Origin: Candidatus Hermodarchaeota archaeon
GTDB taxonomy: Archaea > Asgardarchaeota > Hermodarchaeia > Hermodarchaeales > Hermodarchaeaceae
DNA length: 31,135 nt
Direction of reading: 5' to 3'
Assembly: GCA_016840065.1 (NCBI GenBank)
Contig: JAEOTB010000117.1
Location: forward strand, 1 to 31,135
Shown here: piece after piece, positions 15,681-25,328 of the stretch
Layout: every line of letters starts with the position of its first letter
Position numbering within the stretch: the stretch's first letter is position 1
Made by a program: the position numbers and the translations under genes
Notes under the pieces: generated by a model
What the model was told of the DNA's origin: nothing
Databases searched by the model: none
What the model saw: only the letters and a program-made list of their open reading frames with translations

Positions 15681-17015
15681 TCAACGAAGACGAACATATT
15701 CGTAGGCATCACGTGCCGTGTCGAAAGCATAATGAACCTTCTGGTAACCTTGGCGGAACTCTTTGACTTCGCGCGCTATCTTCGATGGGGCCTCGCCATC
15801 AAACACCAAACGCTTAAAGAACTTGGCAATAGCAGCCATCTCGTCTTTACCCATACCCAGCCTCGTCACCTCGCTCGTACCCAATCTTATACCACCAGGA
15901 CGAACATAATCTCTCCCCATTCTTTTATCCCAAGGCAATAGGTTCCGGTTAATGATTATATTTGCCTTCTCTAGCTTCTCTTCCACAGCGCGTCCATTAC
16001 GTAGAGGAGTGTCAGCCACCTCGATAAGAAGAACATGAGATTTCGTAAACCCTTTATGCTCAGCCAGAACCTTGAATCCCACCTCAGACAGTGCCTGACC
16101 CAGCGCCTGAGCATTCGCCACAATCTGCTTTCCATACTCCTTACCAAAGGCTAACATCTCAGCCATCACAACCCCCTTAGCAGCCATGTGATGCAAATGA
16201 TGATTGCTGTGAAGGGCAGGGAAAACACCTTTTTTGAGTCGTTCAGCGAACTTCGCGTGGGAAACAATGCAGCCGCCCTGCGGCCCTGGAAGAGTCTTAT
16301 GTGTACTGAATGTCATACTGTCTGCCCCTTCCCTTAGGGGATCCTGGAAGTTATCGGTAGCAACAAGCCCGGCCACATGAGCCGCGTCGAAATTTACGTA
16401 AGCACCAAATTCATCCGCGATTTCAGCGATTTCCTTTACCGGGTGCGGGAATGGGAAAACAGATGCTCCTAACATGTAAATGTCAATGTGTTTCCCTGAT
16501 TTCTCTAATCGCCGGATTCTTCGCAGAGTGGCATCAATGTCAATATTCAATTCCTGATCATCATACTTGAAGTACTGAATCTTAAGACCACGAACACGAC
16601 CAGCTGTCCCCCAAAGCTTGTGCTTAGCAGAGGAGATGTGTCCCCCTGTCGGGATTGACAAGCACATCATCCGATCCCCTGGCTCGGTAAAGGCAGTAAG
16701 CACACTAAGGTTCGCGAGAACACCGCTAATGGGTCGCGTATCCGCGAACTCTGCCCGAAAGAGTTTCTCAGTAAGCTCATTAGCCAAAAGCTCAACCTGG
16801 TCGATAAACTGACAGCCAGCGTATACTCTTTCTCCCGGCCAACCCTCCGCGTAACGGTCACTAAAGTCAACTATCATCGCTTCTTTCACAGCGGGGGAAT
16901 GGATGTTCTCTGATGCGATTAGTGGTATGGCTTCGCGCATCATGGTATGATGTTTTTCCATCAATTCGAAGAGGCGTTTGTATTTACTCCTGGCTTCAGA
17001 GGTTTTCATCTGCAT
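15681..17015 (-). CDS. glyA: Serine hydroxymethyltransferase
   Basis: PLIASEN, RYAEGWPGERVYAGC, DAAHVAGLVA, PLP lysine motif STHKTLPGPQGG, GIRLGTSEVTRLG. Confidence 0.97.
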   Translation of the reverse strand: MQMKTSEARSKYKRLFELMEKHHTMMREAIPLIASENIHSPAVKEAMIVDFSDRYAEGWPGERVYAGCQFIDQVELLANELTEKLFRAEFADTRPISGVLANLSVLTAFTEPGDRMMCLSIPTGGHISSAKHKLWGTAGRVRGLKIQYFKYDDQELNIDIDATLRRIRRLEKSGKHIDIYMLGASVFPFPHPVKEIAEIADEFGAYVNFDAAHVAGLVATDNFQDPLREGADSMTFSTHKTLPGPQGGCIVSHAKFAERLKKGVFPALHSNHHLHHMAAKGVVMAEMLAFGKEYGKQIVANAQALGQALSEVGFKVLAEHKGFTKSHVLLIEVADTPLRNGRAVEEKLEKANIIINRNLLPWDKRMGRDYVRPGGIRLGTSEVTRLGMGKDEMAAIAKFFKRLVFDGEAPSKIAREVKEFRQGYQKVHYAFDTARDAYEYVRLR

Positions 17016-17089
17016 TTGCTCCTAACGGGAATACTATCACAGGTCTTTATAGTGGTAGGACTACTTTGAAAACAATTAAAAATGGTTAT

Positions 17090-17125
17090 GGTACCAGTAC
17101 GGTACCAGTACCTACACGTAGGTAC
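17090..17125. repeat. Tandem GGTACCAGTAC x2 overlapping an 8-bp inverted repeat
   Basis: 17090-17100 and 17101-17111 are identical; GTACCTAC-AC-GTAGGTAC at 17108-17125. Confidence 0.85.
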
Positions 17126-17150
17126 AATCTAAACAGGAAGATTATTTGCT

Positions 17151-17342
17151 ATGCCAAAATCAAAGAGAAAAAGAAGTTCTGAGGGCCCCATGCCTGCCGC
17201 TGGCGCCGGGTTGATTCGGTTCTTTGCTGATTCGTCAGAAGGGGTCAAGGTGGGTCCGATTACGGTTGTTGTGTTGTCTCTTGCGCTTCTTATTTTTGTC
17301 ATTTTAGCGCAGTTCAGGGTTTTCGCGATCTTCGGGTTATAG
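17151..17342 (+). CDS. secG: Preprotein translocase subunit Sec61beta/SecG
   Basis: AGAGLIRFFAD..GVKVGP followed by a C-terminal TM helix. Confidence 0.92.
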   Translation: MPKSKRKRSSEGPMPAAGAGLIRFFADSSEGVKVGPITVVVLSLALLIFVILAQFRVFAIFGL

Positions 17343-17498
17343 GAAACGTTTGAGGGTTGAGAGGCACTGGCTCGATGTTGTTCGGGTTGGTGCTCCAGTG
17401 GAACACTAGTATCTGGTCTGCTTGTCTTACTAGAAGCTTTATAGTGGTGGCTAATTTCTTGTTGTAGGTATTGCCTTCTGTTTGATGGGGAAAAGCAA

Positions 17499-18548
17499 GT
17501 GTCAGGATTTTCCACTGATTTCCAGCTTGTTGGCTCAAAGAATGTAACCGTTATTGCTGGGAGGCAGCGTATCCTTTTTGATCCTCAAAAACCTCCGAGG
17601 AATCCTGCGTCTCGGCAGAGTGTTGCCTGTGTTTCTCATGCGCATTCTGATCATACTGCTGCTTTTGCAAGTTCGATTGACAAGTATGCGACGAAGGTTA
17701 CTCTTGATATCCATCAAGCTCTTGGGGGGAAGACTCCGAAATCCCAGCCCGTAAATCTGGGTGATAGAATCAGCTTGTCTGATGGAGTTGATCTCCATGT
17801 TCATCCAGCGGGACACATGCTAGGTGCTTGCCAATTTGCGGTTGAGTGGAATGGTCGCCGTCTAGTCTACACTGGTGATTTTAACCCAAGTTCTACTCTG
17901 ATAACAGAAGGGGCCAAGCCGATTCCTTGTGATATTCTTCTTATCGAGGCAACATACGGCAGGCCGGATGCTGTTTTTCCGCCGCGTGAATCTGTTTATG
18001 CTGAGATAGCTGAGTGGACAAGTAGTTCGCTTAAATCAGGGAAGATTCCTGCATTCCAGGTTTATGCGAAGGGAAAGGCGCAGGAGCTAATCTGTATCCT
18101 CAACAAATATCTAGTAGTGCCGGTCGTTGTCGACTCCACTGTTGCGAAAGTTAGTGATGTGTATGTTCAGCATGGTGTTCCTCTGAAATATACAGCCGCT
18201 GATACTTCTACTGGGAAGGAGAAAATCAGGAAAGGGGGTTTTGTGTACATCTCCTCTAAAAAGTTCAACAGGCGGCTCTTCCCCTCAGGTCATCGGTTTG
18301 TACGAGCTAGGGCAACAGGTTGGTCGAAAATCTTCCCGATGAAAAGTGTTGACAAGGCGTTCACCCTCTCGGCTCATGCTGACTTCCAACAACTACTTGA
18401 CTATGTTGGGGAAGCTGAACCTGAGGCAGTTTTCCTAACCTGTGGTGACACAACAACCTTCAGGGCAGTTCTCAAAAAAATAGGAGTGAAGATAGTCAAC
18501 GCTGGAAGGGGAACAAAACAGCAGATGCGGCTCTCTGACTTCATTTAA
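17499..18548 (+). CDS. Metallo-beta-lactamase/beta-CASP nuclease with C-terminal PIP box
   Basis: SHAHSDH, PAGHMLG, YTGD, EATYG, SAHAD; motif C reads FLTCGD; ends QMRLSDFI. Confidence 0.88.
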   Translation: MSGFSTDFQLVGSKNVTVIAGRQRILFDPQKPPRNPASRQSVACVSHAHSDHTAAFASSIDKYATKVTLDIHQALGGKTPKSQPVNLGDRISLSDGVDLHVHPAGHMLGACQFAVEWNGRRLVYTGDFNPSSTLITEGAKPIPCDILLIEATYGRPDAVFPPRESVYAEIAEWTSSSLKSGKIPAFQVYAKGKAQELICILNKYLVVPVVVDSTVAKVSDVYVQHGVPLKYTAADTSTGKEKIRKGGFVYISSKKFNRRLFPSGHRFVRARATGWSKIFPMKSVDKAFTLSAHADFQQLLDYVGEAEPEAVFLTCGDTTTFRAVLKKIGVKIVNAGRGTKQQMRLSDFI

Positions 18549-18561
18549 CACCGTACTATGC

Positions 18562-19827
18562 TTACATCGAGATGCCCGCAGTGTATGTCGATCCGCCTAG
18601 GACCTCTTGGGCTGCTTTCCCCACGTTCTCCTTGTCAGATCGTGATGACGTGTAAACCCGTACGATATCTAGGTACCCCTTTAGCGAATTGATGACTCGA
18701 GACACTTCTGATATCTGAACAGGAACCTTGTCTCCACGAACATATGCAAAACCGGGTATTTCCATAGGGTCGAGTTGAGAGGAATGTCGGTAGGGCAAAG
18801 AAGGAAGAAGTGGTGAATCAATCCTAACCTCTTCAGGTTCGACTTTGGCTTTTGCGGCAATCTCGGCCTCAAATTGCTTTCTTACCACATCCTTGCTGAA
18901 TAGGTCAAGCGATGGTGCTTCTTCCCTAATCGCTTCAACGGCGTACGTGCACGATAAGAAGTCACGGCGTTCTAGCCGCTCAATTAGCGGACGCGAGGCA
19001 GAACACTGTTTCAGGCTAGACCAAACAGCATAATCATCCATGTCGATATACTCGTCAGGTGTCTTGAAAGTCGAAAGACGGAGTTCCTCATCAGCCAACT
19101 CGAGCGCGTCGGCAATCATTATCTGCACCGCACGGCTACTGCGATGGAAGTAAATTGAGCGAAAACTTAGGACCCTAGAAATCAAGAAGGACTCCAGAGC
19201 CGCAAGGGCTGTTACATTAACTGCCAAGTCTCCCTTGAAAACCTCGATGGAGTACAACAGTCGAAAAATGTCAACATTACCGTATTCAGCTCCTGTATGA
19301 AAAGAATCACGAACGATGTAATCGCATTTGTCTACGTCAATGGAGCTTCTGATTACTTGGTTGAAGTATGGGTGCTTCTTTAGGCGCCGTTTTCCGATAG
19401 CTTGTAAACTCATTTCCCTTGAATTGATACCTCCATCCCTCAGGATGTCTGCGAGTTCCGTTTCCTGAATAAGCCAGGTTGTGAGATCCTCGTGGTTACG
19501 CCCCTGGCGAGCAAGTAGGTGTTCAAAGGTATGGCTAAAGGGTCCATGCCCCACATCATGTAAGAGCCCTGCAAGTCGAAGAACCTGGATTTCCTTTGCC
19601 CTTTTTGTGATTCGCCCCGCGAGGACACCTGCAAGGTGCATGACACCCAAGGAGTGCTCAAAGCGAGTATGATTGGCGCCAGGATACACGTACTCTGAGC
19701 CTGCGAGCTGCCGTATCCTCCGCAGCCGCTGGAATACCCTAGTGTCTATGACATTCTTTTCTAGTTGTGAGATGGTGATGTACCCATGAATCGGGTCTTT
19801 GATAATGCCCCAAGATTTAGAACCCAT
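18562..19827 (-). CDS. HD-superfamily phosphohydrolase, SAMHD1-like dNTP triphosphohydrolase
   Basis: DPIHG, FQRLRRIRQL, YPGANHTRFEHSLG, LLHDVGHGPFSH, DVDKCDYIVRD, IYFH. Confidence 0.9.
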   Translation of the reverse strand: MGSKSWGIIKDPIHGYITISQLEKNVIDTRVFQRLRRIRQLAGSEYVYPGANHTRFEHSLGVMHLAGVLAGRITKRAKEIQVLRLAGLLHDVGHGPFSHTFEHLLARQGRNHEDLTTWLIQETELADILRDGGINSREMSLQAIGKRRLKKHPYFNQVIRSSIDVDKCDYIVRDSFHTGAEYGNVDIFRLLYSIEVFKGDLAVNVTALAALESFLISRVLSFRSIYFHRSSRAVQIMIADALELADEELRLSTFKTPDEYIDMDDYAVWSSLKQCSASRPLIERLERRDFLSCTYAVEAIREEAPSLDLFSKDVVRKQFEAEIAAKAKVEPEEVRIDSPLLPSLPYRHSSQLDPMEIPGFAYVRGDKVPVQISEVSRVINSLKGYLDIVRVYTSSRSDKENVGKAAQEVLGGSTYTAGISM

Positions 19828-19897
19828 AAAATCAGCCCGAGTATAGAATCGTCGCCATAACTGAAGGCGAATCTGTCTATTAATTCATTCGAAGTCC

Positions 19898-20302
19898 TTA
19901 ATCCTGCCCCTTTGAAGCCTCTTTCTCTTCTCCCCTTTTGACTATGAGCCGCCGCACAGTCTCCAATACAGATCCGACGTATGCTTCCCCCTCCCTTGAA
20001 AGGAACAGACTCACGAAAACAATTCCCCCCAGCTTCAACGCTGCGATATCCGCCATCGCCCTCACAGCCGCCTGGAACCGAGTCCCAACCAGACAGGATG
20101 TCGCAGTAGGCGAGATTTCGCCAAAGGGTGTCGGCACACCCACTGCCACCGTACCAAACCGGTATTCTCCATCGCTTACCAGAATCAGATAACCATTATC
20201 CAGCTGGCAAGTTGCCATAGAGATATTCGCTCTACCAACTTGCACCTTCTCCTCTACAAATTCTAGACCATTAACCAAGCCTGATTCACATCCTTCAAGC
20301 AC
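19898..20302 (-). CDS. Proteasome assembly chaperone PAC4/PSMG4-like protein
   Basis: LDNGYLILVS..RFGTVAVGVP..TSCLVG..RAMADIAALKLGGIVFVSL fits the PAC4 pattern as recalled; true start may be TTG 20278. Confidence 0.55.
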   Translation of the reverse strand: MLEGCESGLVNGLEFVEEKVQVGRANISMATCQLDNGYLILVSDGEYRFGTVAVGVPTPFGEISPTATSCLVGTRFQAAVRAMADIAALKLGGIVFVSLFLSREGEAYVGSVLETVRRLIVKRGEEKEASKGQD

Positions 20303-20363
20303 AGCATGGTGCTTCTCCGTTGTAAGAACAAAGTAATTCGTTGAATTACCTTAATCGTGAATT

Positions 20364-21278
20364 CTATGTCCCAACTAGTTTCTTCAAGATTTCCCATTCT
20401 CGCTCGATACCGCGCTCATACTCAGCCATCATCTCTGGGTCCTTGCGAAGGAAGCGGAATCGCCCCTGGGGCTTTATCCAGTCTATCAGCGGCTTCCGTT
20501 TTGCCTTCCCCTCCGCAATCAACTTACTCCGACCCAAGAAACGGTACTCGTCGCCCTCCATCTCCCACATAATCCACGCCCCACTCTCCACAGCCAGCTT
20601 ACCCATCTCGACCGTTTTCCATGTCTCGTACCTCCAACCAGTGGGACAAGGAATGTGGATCTCGATGAACCGGGTCCCAACGATATCCTTCGCCTTCTTG
20701 TAAGTATCATAGACAAGTCTAGGATAAGCAGCAGAAATCACACCAGTATAGGGGATGCCGTGTTCCGCCATAATCCGAGCCATCGGCTTACGATGCTGCC
20801 GCTTGCCCGTCGGGGTTGTGGTCGAATATGAACCATACGGTGTCGCCCCCGACCTCTGCATTCCAGTATTTCCATATGCTGCATTGTTGTAGCAGGTGTA
20901 GATGAAGTTGGTTTGGCGTTCTGCGGCTCCGCTGAGGGCTTGGATGCCAATATCATATGTGCCGCCGTCACCAGCCCACGCCATCAACGTGATTTCTTTG
21001 TCTTTGCCGAGGTGTTTGAGTCCTGCAGCGAGTCCCGAGGCGGCAGCTGCTGCGGTCATGAAAGCTGTATTTAGAACTGGTAAGCTGAGACCGTTCCTTG
21101 GGTAGAGTCCTTGTATAACGCTCATACAACAAGCTGGTACAGTTAAGATGGTGTTATCACCAAGGGCCTTGAGGGCATGGCGAATAGCAATTGTGGCGCC
21201 ACATCCTCCACAGGCTGCATGACCCCGTTCAATGTACTCTTCTCTGGGTAATTCTTTGACTTTTACCATCTGTTTCAC
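20364..21278 (-). CDS. porB: 2-oxoacid:ferredoxin oxidoreductase beta subunit (Por/Vor)
   Basis: GHAACGGCG, TPP motif GDGGTYDIG..YNNAAYGNTGMQRS, PCPTGW. Confidence 0.92.
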   Translation of the reverse strand: MKQMVKVKELPREEYIERGHAACGGCGATIAIRHALKALGDNTILTVPACCMSVIQGLYPRNGLSLPVLNTAFMTAAAAASGLAAGLKHLGKDKEITLMAWAGDGGTYDIGIQALSGAAERQTNFIYTCYNNAAYGNTGMQRSGATPYGSYSTTTPTGKRQHRKPMARIMAEHGIPYTGVISAAYPRLVYDTYKKAKDIVGTRFIEIHIPCPTGWRYETWKTVEMGKLAVESGAWIMWEMEGDEYRFLGRSKLIAEGKAKRKPLIDWIKPQGRFRFLRKDPEMMAEYERGIEREWEILKKLVGT

Positions 21279-22453
21279 CTTTTTAATCCGTAGAAGATTT
21301 CGGGTCCGGGTTCGCCTTTGTCCGCAACGTCGAAGCCTATTTGGATTATTTTTTCTAAATCGGTATGGGTTACGTCTCGTCCTCCCAGTCCGGCTACTAC
21401 TCCTTGGACAGGGATGTGCTTGCTGCCACGGTAGAGGGCTCCCCGGATTTCGGCGACTTGACTGCCAGTTTGTCCATAGGATATGCTCCGGTCCACAACG
21501 ACAAAGGCTTTGGCTTTAGCCGCAAGCTTTTGGACCTGTTCAACGGGGAATGGCCGGAACACTCGGAGACGTGCTGAGCCCGCGGCGATTCCCTGTTTGC
21601 GTAGGTTCTCTACAGCTAGCTGGGCTTCCTCGCCCATGGTGCCTTGGGCCCACAGAATCACTTCCGCGTCCTCACACCGATAGGTGTCGATGAACCCACC
21701 GTGACTCCTCCCGAAGTGTTTCTCGAACTCTCGTTCGACACGAGGTATGAGTTTCCGAGCAGCTTCGAACCCCTCATGAATGGCATAACTCAGCTCATAA
21801 TAATGCTCAGGACCAGCAATGTTCCCTGTTGCCATCGGGTCCTTCGGATCAATCTTCCAATGACCGGCGACGTAATCGGGAAGGAAATCAGCGATTTCCT
21901 TGTGCTCATAAACCTTTGTTGGTGTAAAGGTGTGACTCAAGATGAAAGCGTCTAGCATTACCATACTCGGTAGCAGGACCTTGGCATCCTCGCTCAGACG
22001 GAAAAGCATGAGGACAGTATCATAGACCTCTTGGTTATTAGACGCGTAGAACTGAATCCAACCTGCATCGCGTTGAGACATGGAATCAGTATGGTCGGTC
22101 CAGATGTTCCAGGGGGGTCCTACGGCTCGATTGATTACGGGCATTACTACCGGTAATCTCGCTCTAGAGGCCCAGTGGAGCATTTCAGCCATCAGAAGAA
22201 GACCGTGGGAAGATGTTGCCGTGAAGGTGCGGAGACCAAGTGCGCTGGCGCCAATGCAGGCCGCCATGGCACTGTGCTCGCTTTCAACCCGTACATATTG
22301 TGAGCTTAACTCACCCGCTTCGACAAAGTCTGCGATCTTTTCAACAACTGTCGTTTGCGGAGTGATAGGGTATGCCGCAATAACTGCGGGTTCGGCGGTT
22401 CGGCAAGCCCATGCTGCTGCGTGGTTGCCGCTGACTGATATTGTTTTTGGCAT
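21275..22453 (-). CDS. porA: 2-oxoacid:ferredoxin oxidoreductase alpha subunit
   Basis: AAYPITPQT, VESEHSAM, TATSSHGL, RVFRPFP, GLGGRD. Confidence 0.93.
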   Translation of the reverse strand: MPKTISVSGNHAAAWACRTAEPAVIAAYPITPQTTVVEKIADFVEAGELSSQYVRVESEHSAMAACIGASALGLRTFTATSSHGLLLMAEMLHWASRARLPVVMPVINRAVGPPWNIWTDHTDSMSQRDAGWIQFYASNNQEVYDTVLMLFRLSEDAKVLLPSMVMLDAFILSHTFTPTKVYEHKEIADFLPDYVAGHWKIDPKDPMATGNIAGPEHYYELSYAIHEGFEAARKLIPRVEREFEKHFGRSHGGFIDTYRCEDAEVILWAQGTMGEEAQLAVENLRKQGIAAGSARLRVFRPFPVEQVQKLAAKAKAFVVVDRSISYGQTGSQVAEIRGALYRGSKHIPVQGVVAGLGGRDVTHTDLEKIIQIGFDVADKGEPGPEIFYGLKR

Positions 22454-22480
22454 TGTTTATTGCTCTCCCTTGTTGGCTTC

Positions 22481-22774
22481 TCACTCTTTTGCTTCGGTTT
22501 CGCGGATACGCGTAATGGCTTTTGCAGGACAGACTTGCTCGCAAATTAAACAGCCTTTACAGTAGACCAGGTCCATTTTGGGTATTCCCTCTTCATCTAG
22601 GGTGATGACGGCGTCTGGGCAGTACATCCAGCAAATCTGGCACTTGTTGCATTTTTCTCGGTCTACGACGGGTCGGAATATACGCCACTTACCAGTTTCA
22701 CCCATCGCCCCTGGCTCTGGGTAAGTTATGCACGTAATTCGTTCGCCAGGTGGTTTTCTCTTCAGTTTCGCCAT
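22481..22774 (-). CDS. porD: 2-oxoacid:ferredoxin oxidoreductase delta subunit (2x[4Fe-4S])
   Basis: TGKWRIFRPV, CNKCQICWMYCPD, YCKGCLICEQVCP. Confidence 0.93.
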   Translation of the reverse strand: MAKLKRKPPGERITCITYPEPGAMGETGKWRIFRPVVDREKCNKCQICWMYCPDAVITLDEEGIPKMDLVYCKGCLICEQVCPAKAITRIRETEAKE

Positions 22775-22775
22775 G

Positions 22776-23348
22776 TTAATACCCCTTTACTAGTTCGTCG
22801 TAGGCGCGCTGGGATGATTCGACGTTTGTTTTTATGACCTTGTCTGGGAGTCCTTTGAGTCCCTTTTGTATGGCTTGCCTCAAATTTTCAATCTTGACGA
22901 TGTTGGTTGCGCGCGCAACAGCTCCCAGCATGATCGTGTTCACTACTGGAATTCCTGCGACTACAATTCCTGCATCCAAGGCGATTTTCGTGGCATCAAC
23001 AGTTGAGATTTTTGCCTTGACTTTGAGCTTGATGTCCTTGGGTGGCTTTGGCGTATTTATGATAACGTAGGTGTCTTCTCTGAGACCGTTCTGAATGCTT
23101 GGTATCTCAAGGAGGGTTTCGTCAAATACAACAATCGCTTCAGGTTGATAGATGTAGGAATGGATTCTGATGGGTTCGTCATCGATTCTTGTGAAGGCTA
23201 TGACGGGCGCGCCGCGGCGTTCTGCGCCGTAGTGAGCGAAGGCTTGGAAGAATTTGTCTTCGAGTTCTGCGGCGCTAGCCAGTATCTTCGCGCCTGTCAC
23301 TCCTCCTTGGCCGCCTCGTCCATGGAATCTGATTTCGAATAGTTTCAT
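22776..23348 (-). CDS. porG: 2-oxoacid:ferredoxin oxidoreductase gamma subunit
   Basis: EIRFHGRGGQG, YGAERRGAPV, NTIMLGA. Confidence 0.94.
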   Translation of the reverse strand: MKLFEIRFHGRGGQGGVTGAKILASAAELEDKFFQAFAHYGAERRGAPVIAFTRIDDEPIRIHSYIYQPEAIVVFDETLLEIPSIQNGLREDTYVIINTPKPPKDIKLKVKAKISTVDATKIALDAGIVVAGIPVVNTIMLGAVARATNIVKIENLRQAIQKGLKGLPDKVIKTNVESSQRAYDELVKGY

Positions 23349-23428
23349 AGCTGATTCCGCCCAGCTTGTCTGCCTGTCAAATGAGCTGTCGGCTCTTCTC
23401 TAAAAATGCTTGGAAAGTTTCAGGTTAT

Positions 23429-25294
23429 CTAGACCAGAATGAGGAGTAGGAGCGAGAAGAGTAGGGCGCTTCCGAAGGCTGCTATTCCGACGCGCTTGGC
23501 GGTTCTTGCTGAAACGGGAATTAGGCCGGTCATTGCCTCGACTGTGCCCTCGCCCATTATCTGTAATGGTTGTGTTTTACCGGTGGAAACGGCAACATGT
23601 GTTGGCTCAATCTTGGAAGCTGCTTCCTTGACAACTGCTTTCACTGCTTTGATGATGTCTTTTTGAGGGATATCAAGTCCGATGGGGCTGTAGCCCTCGC
23701 CGCGTGTCGAGATGGCGGCTACTTGGTGTGTGTCGGTGGTGAGGATTTCAGCTGCGTCAACAATGTCGGGGACGAGGGTTTTCATTAGTTTCTCTCGGAG
23801 TCCAACTGCCATATTATTTCCATCAATAATCACGTAGGCCATCCGTTGGTCTCCTACTTTGATTACTGATGCTGTGATGCCTTCGGGTCCCATGCCGACT
23901 GCTGGTCCGTATTCTGGTATGTGTTTAGTGGCGACTCCAAGACCTACGGGGCCTTTTTTGAGTTTTAGTGCCTTTTTGGTGGCTTTGACTGCGGCGTCGA
24001 TCATTTCTTGTACAAGCTCAGAGTCTTCGAAAATCGACTCCCTCAGTTCTCCGATGCAGTTGTGTGTATCCACTATGATGGCGTGTTTTACGAGTTTTTC
24101 TACAGCTGCTTTTATCTTTCTTCCAACGGAGAGGCTAATGTCATCCATTTCTTGTGGCGAGCGTGATATTACGATGAGGGCTGTGTCGCCGAAGAGTTGG
24201 CATCCGGCTTGTATTGATCCTGATGTTGCACGCGTAAACTGTGATACCGCATCAACTTCTTTGGTCTTGGTATAGGCTTCTTGGACGTCTGTGAGAAAAA
24301 GGTCGACTTCATCCTGAGAAACAAGATTGAGCGCATGTGTAGCAGTACCGTGTGGCGCACAGGCTAAAGCACCCACTTTCTCTCGTCCCCAGCGGGCAAT
24401 AGCACTCGGTAAAGCGCTGCTCCCAGTATTCCTAAACGGGCCAGGATGAACACCGGGGATGACAAAGACTAGTTGTGGCTTCCGCTTCTCATTTGTGAAA
24501 CGTAAAACCGAGAGAGGAAGTTCCATTCTCTTCCCTATCTGTTTGAAACACTCCTCAATCTGGTCTGCCTGACCCTCCATCCATGTCATCAAGAATCCGC
24601 GGAAAAGCTTGATTCCATCGACGTTGAGCGCGCTCTTGAATTTTCGTCCAACAGTAAACAGGAGCACTTGTACGCAGATGAGGTATACAACAGAAAGAAT
24701 CAGGTAGACCCCAACGATCAGGTACAATGTTGGTATTGCTAGTAGTGTTGGTTCGGTTAGTAGGAAGAATGTGACACTCGTTGCAGGGAAGGCTATGCTA
24801 AGGAAGGCTCCTTTGATGTTTCCAACAGTTGTTGTTATTAGAACTACAAGATATGTGATGGAAAGAGCGAAAGCAGCTCCAAGTATAAATCCGCGCAAGA
24901 AAAACAGAGACGCTATACCAGTGGCGTAGATGCCAAGAAATGAGTATACAACATCAATAATCCATCCTACTAGTGTGGAGGTGAGCCAAAGGGCTAGGAG
25001 AAGTATGGAGGTTACTGTGATTATTCCAACAAGTCGATGGGAGCGAAGAATTCCTCGTTTGCGAGTACCTAGCCAGAGTAGTGTAGCGGCAAGACCCGCA
25101 GCTGGAAGAATGAGGAACAATCCTCTCACTCCTCCGACGCCAGCTGCGGCGATATCTCCCGGGATTCTAAGATATTGTGTTATTACACCCACCAGAAAGG
25201 AGGATAACACAATCACTGCAAGCATCGTGCGTGGTCTTGGTAGGCTGAATAAACGCGTGTATAGCGAGATGGTTTCCTTCACATCATGGCTCAT
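23429..25294 (-). CDS. DUF2070-family membrane protein
   Basis: N-terminal TM bundle; VHPGPF..GSS, PHG..H..N, VDTHN, DGNN, TTDTH; C-terminal TM. Confidence 0.8.
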   Translation of the reverse strand: MSHDVKETISLYTRLFSLPRPRTMLAVIVLSSFLVGVITQYLRIPGDIAAAGVGGVRGLFLILPAAGLAATLLWLGTRKRGILRSHRLVGIITVTSILLLALWLTSTLVGWIIDVVYSFLGIYATGIASLFFLRGFILGAAFALSITYLVVLITTTVGNIKGAFLSIAFPATSVTFFLLTEPTLLAIPTLYLIVGVYLILSVVYLICVQVLLFTVGRKFKSALNVDGIKLFRGFLMTWMEGQADQIEECFKQIGKRMELPLSVLRFTNEKRKPQLVFVIPGVHPGPFRNTGSSALPSAIARWGREKVGALACAPHGTATHALNLVSQDEVDLFLTDVQEAYTKTKEVDAVSQFTRATSGSIQAGCQLFGDTALIVISRSPQEMDDISLSVGRKIKAAVEKLVKHAIIVDTHNCIGELRESIFEDSELVQEMIDAAVKATKKALKLKKGPVGLGVATKHIPEYGPAVGMGPEGITASVIKVGDQRMAYVIIDGNNMAVGLREKLMKTLVPDIVDAAEILTTDTHQVAAISTRGEGYSPIGLDIPQKDIIKAVKAVVKEAASKIEPTHVAVSTGKTQPLQIMGEGTVEAMTGLIPVSARTAKRVGIAAFGSALLFSLLLLILV

Positions 25295-25328
25295 AACACC
25301 CCTCTCCTTTTCCTATTCAAATTAAACT

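Noticed and set aside
17090-17125. Possible mini-CRISPR array
   Set aside because: Only two adjacent 11-bp units, no spacers and no cas genes.
17129-17538. Minus-strand ORFs of 128 and 74 aa
   Set aside because: Overlap secG and the nuclease promoter/start; no motifs.
20364-23348. Substrate assignment (pyruvate vs 2-ketoisovalerate) or selenocysteine recoding in the oxidoreductase operon
   Set aside because: Specificity cannot be determined by eye; all four ORFs are full length with no internal UGA.
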